DNA of 64,000 bases, taken from NCBI RefSeq assembly GCF_008831285.2, contig NC_045138.2:62001-126000 (forward strand), written 5' to 3'. Shown piece by piece: positions 23,812-37,900 of this stretch. The notes under the pieces were generated by a model. It saw nothing but the letters and a program-made list of their open reading frames with translations, ran no database searches and was not told where the DNA came from. The stretch's first letter is position 1, and every line of letters begins with the position of its first letter. Source of the DNA: Nymphaea colorata. Lineage: Eukaryota. The position numbers and the translations under genes are program-made.

Positions 23812-25274
23812 CTGATAAAATAAAAATGCATAACAAAAAAGTCTTTTATTTACAATACTTGTGAGATTGCTTATTTATTTAAGTTTGCGTACTGACATTA
23901 GCAAAGTTTGTACCTTAGTCGTGGACGTATCTTCTAACTGTGGTGTCTCCAACTATCTATGGAGTCGTGCTGATGCAGAAACCTGAGCAGTTGTGAACTG
24001 TACACATTTTGTTTATTTGATTTCAACTTGTCACTGACAGCAAAAACCCAAGTTTTCCCTTGTGTCTCTCATCTCTTTCTTTTATTTTTTATTTGTCATG
24101 CATTTTATTTGTCATGCTTTCTCTAAGTAAACATTAAAAAATAAATAAAAACTTCTTCTTTTTTTTTTTTAACTTGAGGAAAGAAAATACAATTGAAGGT
24201 ATATATATATATATATATATATAAATATAAGAGCAGAAATATTAGATGGAATGATAGGTATTAGTTTAACTAAGAGGTATTGTAAATGTGATTGTTTTCA
24301 CTTGAAGAACGCGAATTGCTTACGTAAGAGGTCAAAAACCTCTTTTTTTTTTCCAAAATTTGAATAAAAAGTAAAGAATAGAATTTCTACATTTATTGCC
24401 AAATCCTCTTAATCACACTGAAGAATAAAAAATAAGTTGCTGAGCAATGTGGAAATGTTTTCTTTTTGAACGTTCATTGGTCTGGGAAAAAAGGTAGAAC
24501 TCAAGATGGAATTGCCCTTCAATCATTGAGGGAGGACACAAAGTCATAAAAGGGCGAGAGAATTTCTCCCATCACAAGTTGAAAAGGACAAACATATCAT
24601 ACTTTTAGGGACATGTTCATATCATTCAAGGTATTCTTTATGCTCAAATTGCCAACAAAAACAAACACAAGTTAAACAAAACACTCTAATGTCCACGTCT
24701 TCCTCAAGGTTAGTGTGTTTTTATAAATTTAAGTGATGGCGGTGGTTGTGATGGGAAGATTATATCGATGTCACGCATTAATTAATATCATTTCTCAGCA
24801 TAGTTGGGATACTTTTTGGCTTTATTCCGGATGGAAGATGGGAGATGAACGGTCCAGATTCTTATTTTGTTTCCGTTATTTATATAATATTAGGTCCTCT
24901 TGTACCAAGATGGGATCTTCCTTGGCTCTAATAATGCACACCCCAAGTCAATGGGAGTGCTTAATTCGATATTTGATCATATTATATATGGAATAAATAT
25001 GTGCTATTATAATGATGAAGTGGAATCATACTCCTATTGGGGATAGCTAGGTCAAACCAAAGAGTTGACTCTAGAAAGATTAGGACCCGGGCCTGAACCG
25101 ACTGGGTCAGGGTGTAACGCCCTCCTAGGGACTTGAGCCTCCTAGGGACTTGAGTGTGTTGGTTTGTTTCCGAGCAAAGATTTATGAGAGCATTTGGTAA
25201 GAAGAACATTATGTTTGGTATAGATCATCTAAGAACACTATATGTTGGTTTTAAGAAGTATTATGTGATAATAT

Positions 25275-25571
25275 AAAGGTTGGGTATCGGGTCGAATACC
25301 TGATGAGTATCTGGTACGTGAACCGAGCTCGAGCCAATAAAAAAGGCACCTGGCCGGCCCGAGTGGGCTAGATATTTTTTTAATATATATTTTATGAATT
25401 TATATATATAATTATAATATTTTATTATGATTAATTATATTTGTATATTATTTCATATTAAAAAATATATATTTTTTACTTTAATCAGGTCGGGTTTAGA
25501 CTTGAGTTTTAAGTGTCGGGTTGGACTCGAGCTTGGGTTTGGATGTTGGGCCGGCCCCATGCCCAGACTTA
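25275..25571. mobile_element. hAT-type MITE (GGGCCGGGCC family)
   Basis: Right end ATGCCCAGACTTA; same architecture as 18448-18729 in the opposite orientation; TSD not recognisable. Confidence 0.7.
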
Positions 25572-25799
25572 ATTAGATGATATTTTTAGATGAAACATTC
25601 ATATGTTTGTTATAATTACTCTATGTTTATCATACCAAGAAAACTCTGCAGCTACTTGGTTATTCACTGCCTTTTGAGTTGGGCATGTTTGACATGTCGG
25701 TGTAAAGTTCAATCAAACACAAGAGAAGCTTTCAAAGATAAATTTTCTCTTGCAACTCAGATTCTTCTACAAAAGATGTGAAATGTAAGCCTTCATGTA

Positions 25800-26545
25800 A
25801 ACATGTCAACGGATCAGAATTGGATTGGACATTCGAACGAACTGCTTGAAAAAATCAGACATGAGTTAACATGTCATCAAAAAATCAGATCTAATTCAGT
25901 TTTAAAAGTAGACATTTGATTGGATTCAAAATTTAGATTTGGTTTTAAGTAAATATCTGATCGGATTCGGCCTTAGACTCAGATTGAGAATTTTTTTTAG
26001 ATAAAAATACTATATCCGATATCATGCATTTTAAAACTAGATTTTAACAAATTATAATGCGTTGTGGATTCATTCTTGCACTTAAAAGTTGGTTTTCAAT
26101 TAGATGTGAAGATCATATGGTACAGAGTACAGACGCGAAAAAAATGTGAGAAAATGAAATGTCGTTTCAAACTAAAAAAAACTTGTTTTTTTGAAAAAAA
26201 ATGTGAAAACAAAAAAAATGCATTTTTAACACGCTTTTTCATTTTTTCATTTTGTTAATGCCACAAAGTTTTTTATTTTTTATTTGTTGCGAACCTACTT
26301 ATCTTTTGAGGTTTGTCTTATGATTTTCTCACTTATTTTATTTTTTTTATTTTTACTTTTTTTTTAATTTTAGAAAAATATACCATTTTTTCCCGTTTTT
26401 CCCTTCATTTTTCAAACCTACCATATTGTACCTGACTGCAAACATTTTTTGTGACTATAGACTATAAACTTTTCTTGGTTTGTGTTTGAACCTAAATTTG
26501 AATACGAATACATGGCCACTCAAACATGATCTATTGACATCCCGA
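25800..26545. mobile_element. decayed hAT-type MITE (ATCCGA family) with an unrelated A/T-tract insert at about 26115-26460
   Basis: Ends ATGTCAACGGATC / GATCTATTGACATCCCGA; longer than its sister copies because of the central insert. Confidence 0.6.
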
Positions 26546-27723
26546 CTTTATTTTGTTTTTAATCAGGTTAGTATAGATTTATTGGATGTAAAATGAAAAG
26601 AAAAAATAAAACAAACTGAAAAGATAAAAAATGAGTGACCATCTTGAAAATATCTTAAGTACGTCAGGGTCAGGGGTCTGTCCTATTCCCTTGTCGTATA
26701 CAGGCGTCCAGCGTGCATGTGAAGTGAGACAAAGATTTTTTGTCTCGTAATTGTCTCAATATTTAAGCTTTCGTGACCAGACAAACTCTTAATGACTAGT
26801 AATTTAATCGCCACGAGGGCAAACATGTCTCGGTGAGAATATAATATACACCAATCCCAGTGTGGTTAAATTGCTCCGAGGGTGGAAAATATCTTGTCCA
26901 ACGTGCGCAGAGAGAGAGAGAGAAAAACCACAGCCTTCGTCTTGAAAGCCGGGAGCCCTTGTCCTCAAAGCTCGCTGGACTTCACCTTCCGTGGTCCTTA
27001 ATATTTCGGCGCATGTCAAAATTTAGAAACTTTAATTCGGCATCTCTCATGAAAAATTTCTGACTTCACCCATGTTTGACGCCAATCAAAATGTAGTGCC
27101 TATAAGAGTCAAACATGAGAGAGAGCGATATACCCTTACTCGCTAATTAGGAGGTTAAGAAAAATTAATGTTGTTACAACCAGTCTGAATCGGCTTTGAA
27201 TAGATTGATTTTAATAGAATATCTAGCAAGTAAAGAAGCAAGGTATTTGATTTTAACTATTTATGTTCAGCTATTGTTAATGTTAATAGCATTTTCAAGA
27301 ATTGTTTGTAGTGCTTTTAGCCATGAATTTGTAGTTTTTAATCATCAGATAACATCTGACATTCGACACAGTTGAATTCTTTTATAAACACATATGCCTA
27401 AGTGGGGGGCAGAGCCAATAATCTTTTGTTGCAAGAGCTAAACTATAATTTCAAATAGGAAAAGCAAGACATTCAAGATTCCATTAAAGCACAACAAACT
27501 AAAACAGGGCAGGTGAACAATTCTAAATAGTAAAAATGAAAAAACTAGAAAACTTTCTTCATTATCGAACAAAGAAAAAACTTTCTTACAACTTAGGTGG
27601 CGTTTGACAGTCCTACACATGTTTTCAAATAGGCTTCCTGTGAAAAAAAAAAGTTCAAACTTAAAACTGTAGGCCAAGATTTAGACAAACCTGGTCTTAC
27701 ATGACCTGCGTTGGCGCTCGGGA

Positions 27724-28362
27724 TACGGGTGGACAATGAGTTGAGCTACTCAAGCTACTTATTAAAGCTCGGCTCATGAACAAGCTTTAACCGACTTATT
27801 TGCTTAACGAGTCGAACTCGAGTTCATGAGTCGACTCGTTCAAATAATCGAGTTGAGTTCGAACTCAACACGTAACTGTCGAGTCGAGCTTCAGCCTTAA
27901 TCGAATTTGTCGAGCCTTAATCAAGTCGATATATTCAAACGAGTTTACGAGTTTGTCGAGCTTTAATCGAGTCGAGTTCGAACTTAACGCGTAACAATGA
28001 ATAACAATTCTATTCAAATGAGTTTGTTGAACTTTAATCACATCGAGCTCGAGTTCAATGTGTAACAATGAATATCAATTTTATTCAAACGAGTTTGTTG
28101 AGCCTTAATCGAGTCGAGCTCGAAGTCAACGCATAACAATGAATATCAATTTTATTCAAACGAGTTTGTCGAACCTTAATCGAGTCGAGCTCGAGCTCGA
28201 GCTCAACACGTAACGATGAATACGAATTCTATTCAAACGAGTTTGTCGAGCCTTAATCGAGTCGAGCTTGAGCTCAACACGTTACTGCCGAGTCGAGCTG
28301 CTTCCGAAAACCGAATTCGAACTGACTGAACTCGGGCTCGACTCGGCAAGTGTTCAACCCTA
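27724..28362. mobile_element. hAT-type MITE (GAGCTCGAGCTCGA family) with internal tandem repeats of about 60-70 bp
   Basis: Reverse-complement homologue of 57627-58202; ends GGGTGGACAA / GTGTTCAACCCTA; repeated ATTCAAACGAGTTTGTCGAGCCTTAATCGAGTCGAG. Confidence 0.85.
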
Positions 28363-31300
28363 ATTGGGGACGGGAGGTTCTGTGAAACCTTAAATTTAAA
28401 GTGATGTTAAGTAACTAACATTCCAACCTCAGAGCTGCAACGGACTGAGAGAGGACGTCCGATCCTTCCATCGGAAGGTGGAGACTCGCCCTCATCCAAC
28501 GAACCTGGGCAAAGACCTTATCAGAAAGTTCCTCGTCTGGAAATCGCTTCGCCCGAAGCAAGTGAGGTGTTCCTGTTGTAATTCTCGGATCTTATGTGGG
28601 TAGTTGAGACATTTCAGCCTTCCAACCGCCACCATTTATACGGACGGAGGGAAGGAGCGGAAAAACAGGGACGGCGTAGGGAGCGCTCTGCTTCTTAACG
28701 TAACTTGGCCTTTGTGAGCGATTAGGTTGCGAACCGGCACTTTCCGATTCGTTCTAAGAGGAAGTTGAAGTTCATAGGTGACTTCCCTTCCAATAGTCTC
28801 TCCAGCTCTGTTTGTGGATCTTCCGCCATTGCTTCTCGTCTCTAAGCTTCCGAGCCGTTTCGTTTTCGTTTTCACTGTTGTTGCCGGACGAGTGCGGCAG
28901 AAGAGCAGGTCTGCATCTTCGCTTTTTTTCCCATTTTTTTTTCTTTATTTCGATCGATTTAGTTGAATTTTGAGGTGTTCATTTTATCTTTGTTTGGCGT
29001 TTCCTCTGTAGGCACTTGCTTTTTGCTCCTTTCTCCTGTTCTTCTGAGTTGATTTTCTTGATTATGCGTCTTCGAGAGGTTTCTACTTCTCTTCCTTTCT
29101 CGTTTTTTTGGTCTGGAGAGCGTGCGATGGTTGTCCGAGTGGCGAGTGTCCTTTGTTTTTTGTGTTATCTTCCCCGGAGATCTGAAAAGTTGTCTTGCTT
29201 TCGTTTGATTCATGCATCATAATAAATTTTGTGAGATTGTGATTGTTCTTGTTCTGTTTCTGTGTTTATTCTGTTATTTCGCTCTGTCTCTTTCTTTTTG
29301 CTCGTTTTTTAGAAATCGGAAACTGTTTGCTTGTATTCCTTTCCACTGTGACTCATTTAATTGAGACTGGAGCTTTTTTTCTACCGTCGTCTCCGCTCCA
29401 TTCGTGGATTCTGGTCAGAGATCAAAGACGGTTTCCGTTTAGATATTTTCCATTCTGTTGTAGATTTTTCTTCAATCACCCGGATCTCTTCTGTGGATCT
29501 GCTCTCAATGTTCCGTAATGCGTTTGCTTTTTCGTTAAGATCCCGTTTTTTCGCTCTGTTATTTGATGCTCTTGATCTTGTGTCATTTAATCTTACCGTT
29601 TCGCTCATTTCTTGCTGCCGTTCCTTTGGTGTCGCGTATCAGCGTATTTTCCTTTTGTGTTTTCTCTCTTTTTTTTTGTTGATTTCACGCGTCTGTGACT
29701 TCCATTTTCGTCCGATTCTCGTTGCTCTCCCATATTTTTTTACGGTTCCCTTCTGCAAATTTGGAGGTATGATTCTGAGTTTGTAAACTGATTCTTTTGT
29801 ATGACCGTCCTTTCTATATTTCTGAAAAATTTGTATGCGCGCGAAGACTTTCCCTTTCAACTTTCCCGAAAGGGAAAAAATTTCCGTCATTGCCGGACCT
29901 CCTGCTGCGCTTCGGCATAACTTTTGAGGCTTTGAAGTTTGCGTCTCCCATATCGGAAGAGGAGACATATTCCGTGTTCGTCCCACGACAAGCCAACCAC
30001 TAGGCTGTGGCATCTTCGTTTTCGAGGCCGTCTTCATTCGGCTTGTTCTTCCTCCTCGGTCGCTCGTGTTCCGTCGCTTCACGCCTCTCCACAAGAGAAA
30101 CCCTCTTAGGGATTTTCTCCGTCAATCCCCTTGGCACCTTTTTTCTCTTTTTCCATGCTGGTCCTTCCGCCTCACCTGGGTCAAGCTATCTCGAGCTCGT
30201 CTCGTTTCGAAACCCACTGGGGAAGCAGCCGTACTGTCATGCTAGCACCATATCTGGACGCCTCCGTTCTTTCTTTGTACGAGCTCTCTCTCTTTCGGTT
30301 TCAATATATATCCCCCCTGCACTCCCTCCCGGAAGAGCGTTCTATTACGTCTCTCTGCGCTTGCCGATTATCACTCCATAATTTGCTTATATATCCGTTT
30401 ATTATATCAACACATAATCTCTCTCTTATAGATCTCTGTCTCCGTTCGTCACCCGTCAATTGTGAGTAAGAAGAGGTAAAGAAGGGTTAGCCGACTTACT
30501 CTTTGACCTTCAGTTCAGCCTATTCCCTTATTTTCTTCCGCCTCGCCTTTTCTGTTTCTTTAGGTCAACCGCTGCTTTTTCTCGTTTCCTGTTTTTTATC
30601 ACGGCCAGTGTGGTCTTGGAAGGAAGCTTAGCCGTGACATCTCGGTGCTATTCATTTCATAATGTCGATGGCCCCCCTACAGTCCACTCCTTTTCGACAA
30701 ATTGGCGCCACTAGAGGAGTCAGAAATTTTAATTGAAGAGAGCACTAATTCAATATCATTAATTGGGGCACAATCAAATATATCAAAAACATTAAAATTA
30801 AATTAAATTAACTTTATGAAGCTTCTGTGAGAACTCCCAATGGCTCCGCCAATGCTTCCCGCCATTAAATTGCGGTGTCCGCTTGCAAGTCAAACTCATA
30901 ATTTTTTTCCTATTAGTTTTACCTTGATAACTTATCTAAGAGCTGACGAAAAGTTGCGGTTCCAATGAGTGGAACATCTTAACCTTTTTTAATTGACACT
31001 GGTGAGAACTCTCAAAGGTATGGTAAACTTTTCCATATGAACCTCTTCCCTCTTTCAAGCGCCACGAAGTGAAATCGATTTTCACTTCGTATTGAAAAAG
31101 TAAAATATGTTCTGCGCTTATCTGGTCTATATTGTTTTTGAAACTCTCAGTTACCACTGACATGGTATTTTGGGCTAAAAGGTAAGAGTTACTGTTTTAG
31201 TTTTCATTCTGCCTGCAACAAAGCTCTGCTCACCGCCGCCTACGATTAGTTTAAGAACTTCGACGCCTGGTTAGAGCTTCATACATCAAAGCGAAGAAAG

Positions 31301-31920
31301 AAAGAATGATAATCAAGACTCTAAATCATTTTCAAGACAACTGGAAATCCTGGGCAACTGCCCAATGATAGATAGTACATCAGCCTTTCCGGAGTCCAAG
31401 TTGGAATACAGTAACTACAAGCCACTTTCCGACAAATAAAAAGGACGAATGCTTTATTGCTTTACACTTAAAAGGCGTCAGTTAACCTACGGCGTGTATG
31501 AATCCCTTCAGGACCTTTGAGGCATCTCCTGTCTTCCTTGCTCTCTGCTCCTCTGTAAAATACAACCAACTTATTTTTCTAAGTGGATGGTCGTCATTCG
31601 GTGATTGCCTCGGCCGAAAACAGTGGGTTGCCTAAACAATGGGTTATCTGGGGATCGTGTCAAAGTCTTAGATGCCATATAAGTATACCACTCTGCAGTT
31701 CCTTCAGAGAGAGCCATCTTTTGTTTGTTGATATGTAGTATATACATATAAGTACCATCGACTTCGCGCAAGATTATTATAAGCTGTGCGCTGATTGACT
31801 TTGCCCATTTCATGTCTTTCCGTTGTTTACAAGTGAAATGTTCGTAGGTCCATTGACAAGCCCTTGCGATTCATGTGCAGAGGCGGCAAAAGTGGGAAGG
31901 AGAGAAGAGAGGCCGCATGC

Positions 31921-34900
31921 ATGGGGAGCATTTGCTGGCCTTACTTTGATCCCGAGTATGACACACTCAGCCAGAGAATCAATCCGCCGAGGTAAGCTTT
32001 CTTTAGAAATGACCTTTAGTCAGTTGACCCCTTCTCTTTTTTGGAAGTGGTCTTAAATACTTGCTACTTATTGTTCTTCAAATCCCAAAGCCCACAGCCA
32101 AAAAAAAAAAAAAAGAATAAAGAAGGAAATTTATTAAAATTTAGCCCCTTTAAACCTCAATCAACTTCTCGTCAATCAATGAAAAAAACAAGATGCTTGC
32201 AAAATTTTATGTGATGAAAATGCAGTTTTTGGCGTTGGGCTGTTTCTAACACCAGCTCTTTTGGATATTGGAATTTGGATGACAAACATGGGTTTATATC
32301 TTCTATCAGCAGGGTATCCATTGACAACGCGACATGCGGCGATTGCACCCTAGTCAAGGTAATCTCTACTTTTGAATTTTGAGATATGATAAGACGTGAA
32401 AGCATCGTAGAAGAGAATCACTGAACTATCCGTCTTACCCGTAGTCTTCTTGTTGTACCGTTAGAATTAGACTTCTCGAAAGTCGGTCAAGAGCCGAGCA
32501 ATAAAGCTAAAGTGTCCTTTCTTAGCGACACCCCTTGGATTCTGACCTCAAACTGAAGAAGATAGGAAAGTGATAGCTTAATAGTTGCCCCTTGTATTTC
32601 TGTGGTCAATGGAAAGGACTACAAGCATAAGCATAAAGTTGGTCGACTGAATTCATATCAAATGACAGTCAGGCCATATTTGATCGCCGAGATCTGTCTA
32701 TGCGGATTCAGAACTGATTTTAAATTATTTTTTTCACTGGATCGAGATTGAGACCTAAAGTGGTCTAGGATCCACCAAAGATTAGGTTAGGTAAGGTTAT
32801 AGGGGTAGGTGCCCCTTGAATCTGAACGTTTCTTTAGGTCAAATCTAATTATATGGACTATGATGTACATGGTTGATTTAATGAGGATTGCCTTTTAATT
32901 TATTTGAAGCGTAGATGGATTTTCTGGAATTAGCAGACGGTGTGTTGTTAAACCGAGGGCCTCAAATCCTCAATCTGAGATTCATGAGGATCGTAGATCC
33001 ATGGATTTGAAGTCACACCCCCCAAAGGACCTCAAAATAGAGCTTTTTACGGGGAAACGTGGATTTAGGATCCACGTCTTGCACTTATGTGGAGATCCAC
33101 CGTTGGATCAACAGTGGGAACCACAAAAGGAAGATTTGAGATCGGAGGAGATCTTAGGTCCACGGGGAAACATCTATGCGCAGCTAACAGGACGTATGAT
33201 GTGCTGAAGCCTGACTACACAAACTAGCTAAATTTGATTGAATGTGAAAAATACACCATTTTTATGGTAAAATATTGAACCACGGTAGGTTCGGTTGATC
33301 TAGAAAAGAAATATATATGTTTATAAAGCACGTGCCTCTTTGTCGCAAGTTAAAAGAGCTTATTTCCGCGACTCTGCACGCTTACTTTGTCTATAATGTT
33401 GTTCTGGTAGAGCATGGCCATTTAAAGGATGTTCTACTTAATTATGAAGTTCATTAGGGCGTGTTTGGGCAAAGAACACCCTACGTGCCCATTTTAATGA
33501 AGTTATTTAGACGATGTTTGCTTCCAAGCCCTGAAAATGCTAGGATGGTCCACTGGCATCTGCTGCAGGACAAGTAGGCTTATCAAATAGTCCATGAGAT
33601 GCAACAAAAGTAACAAAGAATCATAAAAAAGAGTGTCGGGTGTTTGATTGTGGACCGTATGGATGAGACTAGGCACCTCAAAAGTAGTCTCTGAGAGTTG
33701 TACTTTCTCACCACCCAACACTCCCTTGGGCCGGTCCTCAAAGTGAGACGGCTTGTTAAAGCAGGAAAAAGGAATTTGACTGTTGCAAGTCTGACTTTTT
33801 TCACCCGCTTCGACAAAGAAACTAAGAAAGCAGAATTTACAGGCTTCTTCTGTGTTTGACAGCTGACTGTACGTTGCGTAGATTCTTCACCGCAAATGAA
33901 AATTCCTTTGATGTGAACAAAGATAATTTCGATAATTTCTCTCTGTACAGAGACATTATCTGCCGTGCAATAATACATCAAAATAGTTCCGAACATTAAA
34001 ACAGATGAAGGAAAAAGTGAGGTCTCAATCGGCCCGATCTATTTCTTTCGGCACCATGCACTTTGGATGGACGCGGTGATTTTATCGAAACCGTCAAAAA
34101 CACTGGTTCGCTCTGGGTTTAGCTTGCATAGGATTGAGATCATGACTGGTCTGGTCTTGCCCTACGTGGCTGTATCTGCTTGTTTGTGGTCGTGAATCTG
34201 CAGTTTAGGAAAAGGCGTCTTGAACTCGTAAGCACTATCAGAGGCGCACGGACAGGATGGCCTACCATCCTCCTGTGGCACCGTTGGGGCATCCAATCTC
34301 GCATCAAGGATATTAGGTGAGGCAGATGTAGCTGTAGTGTGTTGCCCATCATGTTTCTTAAAAAAGCATTTTGCAAGTTGCAGTCTGGCCAGGCCGGAGC
34401 TGCAAATCCTATGGCCAAGAATAAGCTAGGCCCAACCTAGAAAATGGGTTCTGGCTAGCTAGGAATATTTTTGCTTCGTGACTTGTAGACAGCAGCCCAA
34501 GTCAACCACCTCATTATTAAGTGCACCCGTTTTAGCTTTTTTCTTTTCCTGCTACTTTTGCAACAAAACAAAATCGTACGTTTTGCAAGTCTTTGATGCG
34601 TTTGCATTTCCGAAAAATATAAATTTCCTTCATGCCGAAGGTTCAGCACATTCACGAACCTGGAAATGTGTGGTCTAAATGTTTAGACAAGATTTGCAAC
34701 TTGCAGATTTGAGCAAACTTGAGATGGACAGACTTTCTCAATCCTTATTAAATCTTATTGATGCATCCCAATAAACTGTTCTAAGGGGTAATTTGTAGAC
34801 TTTTAGCAAGCAGAGGTCAGTATGGCTTGAAATTTGGAAAAAAGTTAAAATTTTATTTGATTTTTGAAATTTTTATATTTAAGTAAAAAAATGTTTTATC

Positions 34901-37900
34901 GAGAGAGATATGAAGGTGAGAATTGTTCAAAATACTTAAAATAATTTGCCTACGTTCAGGATACATTATCAGACTCGTATCCCACTATAATAGAGTTTTC
35001 ACGGGCAAGGGCGGGAGGGCCAGTGACGAAGCCGACCTAGAACCTTCTTTTTCTCCGTTTTAACCATGCAAGGTAGTTCCACAGGGTCATCATGTTTTAT
35101 CCGCGAAAAGGTAAAAATTAAGAAGTCCACAAAGCTTGTCACTTTTGCCAGCCTTGCTGACGGTCCGGGTCCCCTTGATGGAATGATGGGCGCTTTCCCT
35201 GAAGCAGGTTTTCTGCTTTCGGGTTTCCGTGCCTGATACATAAGCCAATATCAGGTTAGAGGTCCCCGTTGCAAATTCTATAGTAGTAGACGCGGCCTTT
35301 TATTGAACTTATAGCACTGCACTTCCTCAAGAATAAGCAATATTTGGAAGGTGAAATGGCTTGCTTATTATTGTTTTTTTTTTTTTTCTTTTCTGTTTCG
35401 TCTATTACAGGTTGACAGCGTTAACAAGCCTGGGATACTGTTGGAAGTGGTTCAGGTGCTCACCGACCTTGATCTTGTCATCTCAAAAGCCTACATTAGC
35501 TCTGACGGGGGATGGTTCATGGACGGTAAGCCGAAAAGAGACGTAGATAGAATATTTAGAATATTCTCCATGAATACTTTACCAAAATTAACACGCTAAG
35601 TTTCTTGCGTGCCTCGCAGAATCATCGACTCATGATTAAGTGACTATGGTGCGATGGTAACCATAGTCAAACTAGTAAGAAACTGGATTGTCTGCTTCAA
35701 CTATTTTTCCTGCTCGCTCTTACAAGTCTAACGACACAAACGTATGCAGAATATTTAATACTGCATGCAAAAAAGGATACATAATAAAATTTTAATGTAC
35801 AAATCAGATCAAAGAGTTTCAGGATGAACGGATTTGGCTATCTTGGCTCATAACATCCGATGTGGGCAATGGATTTCCTTGTGGTTTTCATTTCACATTT
35901 CACATTTTCACGCAGTCACAATTCGGCAGAATTAGATTTTCCAATTGCTTAAGTTGTAAGGTAACTGAAACTACCATAAAAAGAAGAATTACGTGGTGGA
36001 ACATGGACAGGAACTAATTTCCAAATAACTGAGTCCTTGCTAAGTGAAAAATGCGCCCTTGAGTCTAAAGGGAACTTTGGATTCTTCAGTTATATGTTGA
36101 ACTTGGTTGAAATTTCTTGTTTTTGCAAAGTATCAAACGGTGTCTGTCCTGTGATTAATGGGTGAAGAATCTCAATAATGGATATTGGCTGCATTCATGG
36201 TTCTTTCTTTTAGACTCTCAATTCTCATGGCATTGTCTCAAGAACTTTTGGGGGCTGTGGCACCTGACATATTGTAGGGGAGGCTGGCTCCTGAATGATC
36301 ATGAATCATTTTATTATGCTTACAAATCATATATAAAAGTAATTTCTTAAAATGGCAATTATACTGGTATTCATCATATTTTGTTGTTGAAAAGTTGCTT
36401 TAAATTGAGTGCGGCTGATTAAATTGATGGTGCAACTAAAAGGTGATACCAATATTCTTAATATTTATTTAGTGCACATATTTCAAGTTCTTTTATCAGG
36501 CAGGATAAACGTGCCCTTAGATTGCTATCATTCATTTGCTTGATGTAGCCTCTTAAGGCACTACCGGCAGAATCACTAACGTTTCTTCTGCATGGACAGT
36601 TTTTCATGTTACGGACAAGAAGGGGAACAAAGTGACCGAGTCCAAGACAATCGAACAAATAGAGAAGGTAACTGCTCGAAATCTTGCTTCTTTAATGCAG
36701 CGCTTATTTTAGCTTCGAGCCTTTTCTTTTTCCAATACGAAAGAACTTTTTAGAATTGGACCGCTTGATCGACCTCGTCCATGGACGTAACATCTCCGGT
36801 GAGGACCAAATTACCGTGAACGAGAAACGACTGCCTACCAAATAAACCTTTATACATGTTATTGGTCGAGCCTATTGGTACTAGTGGTGCAAGACAGTTC
36901 GGTTCCAGGTCAGCCAAACGATAGAAATCTAGTAGACTTGAATGCCCAAGGAATAAAAAATAACACAATACGAACCAGTTCTGACCCATCTGCGCCCTAT
37001 CTAATACTTGATACAGCGCATGCTTCCGAACCCACGCTTCACTAAAACCCCTCTTCTGAAAGTAGAATAGAAACCCGTTCAAAAAACACCAGCAACTTTT
37101 ATTATTGTGGACTGGGCGCTTTTTCATCTGTTAGTTTTTCTTTTATTTGTTCTTTAGCGGCGGCATGTGAAAAAACCAGCTTCTTGAAAAGATCATTTTC
37201 ATCGATTCTTTGGATGGTAAAAGTAATAACTCTATAAGCCTTAAAGTTAGACTTTTAGCGTGCTCAACTGTTTCGTGGCCGACTCAATCTCACGTCAACA
37301 ACTTGGTGGCGTTCAGCCCTCCTCCTTCATAGTCATATGATGGATCTCTTATTATCTGTTCCCCTACAGACTTTGTTGTCATCGTTGTACAAAATTCTTA
37401 TACAGGTCGTAGTGAAAGAAAGCAGGGTCTAAAGGGTTCACCATCTCTACAGGCACTTGGGGCAAATGGATCCCTCAACACCCTGGGTCTGCAAGCCCTT
37501 CAGGGCGAGTACACAGCCTTCGAGCTCATGGGCAACGACCGGCCCGGCCTGCTCTCCGAGATCTCGGCCGTGCTGACCCAAAACCACTGCAATGTGGCGG
37601 CCGCGGAGGTCTGGACCCACAAGACCCGCGTTGCCTGCATCATCTACGTCACCGACGGTGCGACCTCGGGGAGGGTTGACGACCCAGCCCGGCTCGCAGA
37701 TATCGAGAGCCAGCTCCGGAACGTGCTTCGCGGCCGGAACGGGAGCGCATGGACAAGCATCGTGACGGACCTGACCCACGCCGACCGGAGGCTGCACCAG
37801 ATAATGTCCTGTGCCTCGGCAGGGGGCGACGTTGATGTGCCGGAAGAGGCCTGCCACGTCGAGGTCCCTCGGCCACAGATCACCGTCGAGAACTGCAACA

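Noticed and set aside
27724..28362. Regularly spaced palindromic repeats resembling a CRISPR array (also 57627-58202)
   Set aside because: The spacers are themselves repeated, both tracts sit inside TIR-bounded MITEs, there are no cas genes, and the DNA is eukaryotic
28636..30469. Many Phe/Leu/Ser-rich overlapping ORFs
   Set aside because: By-product of T/C-rich leader and intron sequence
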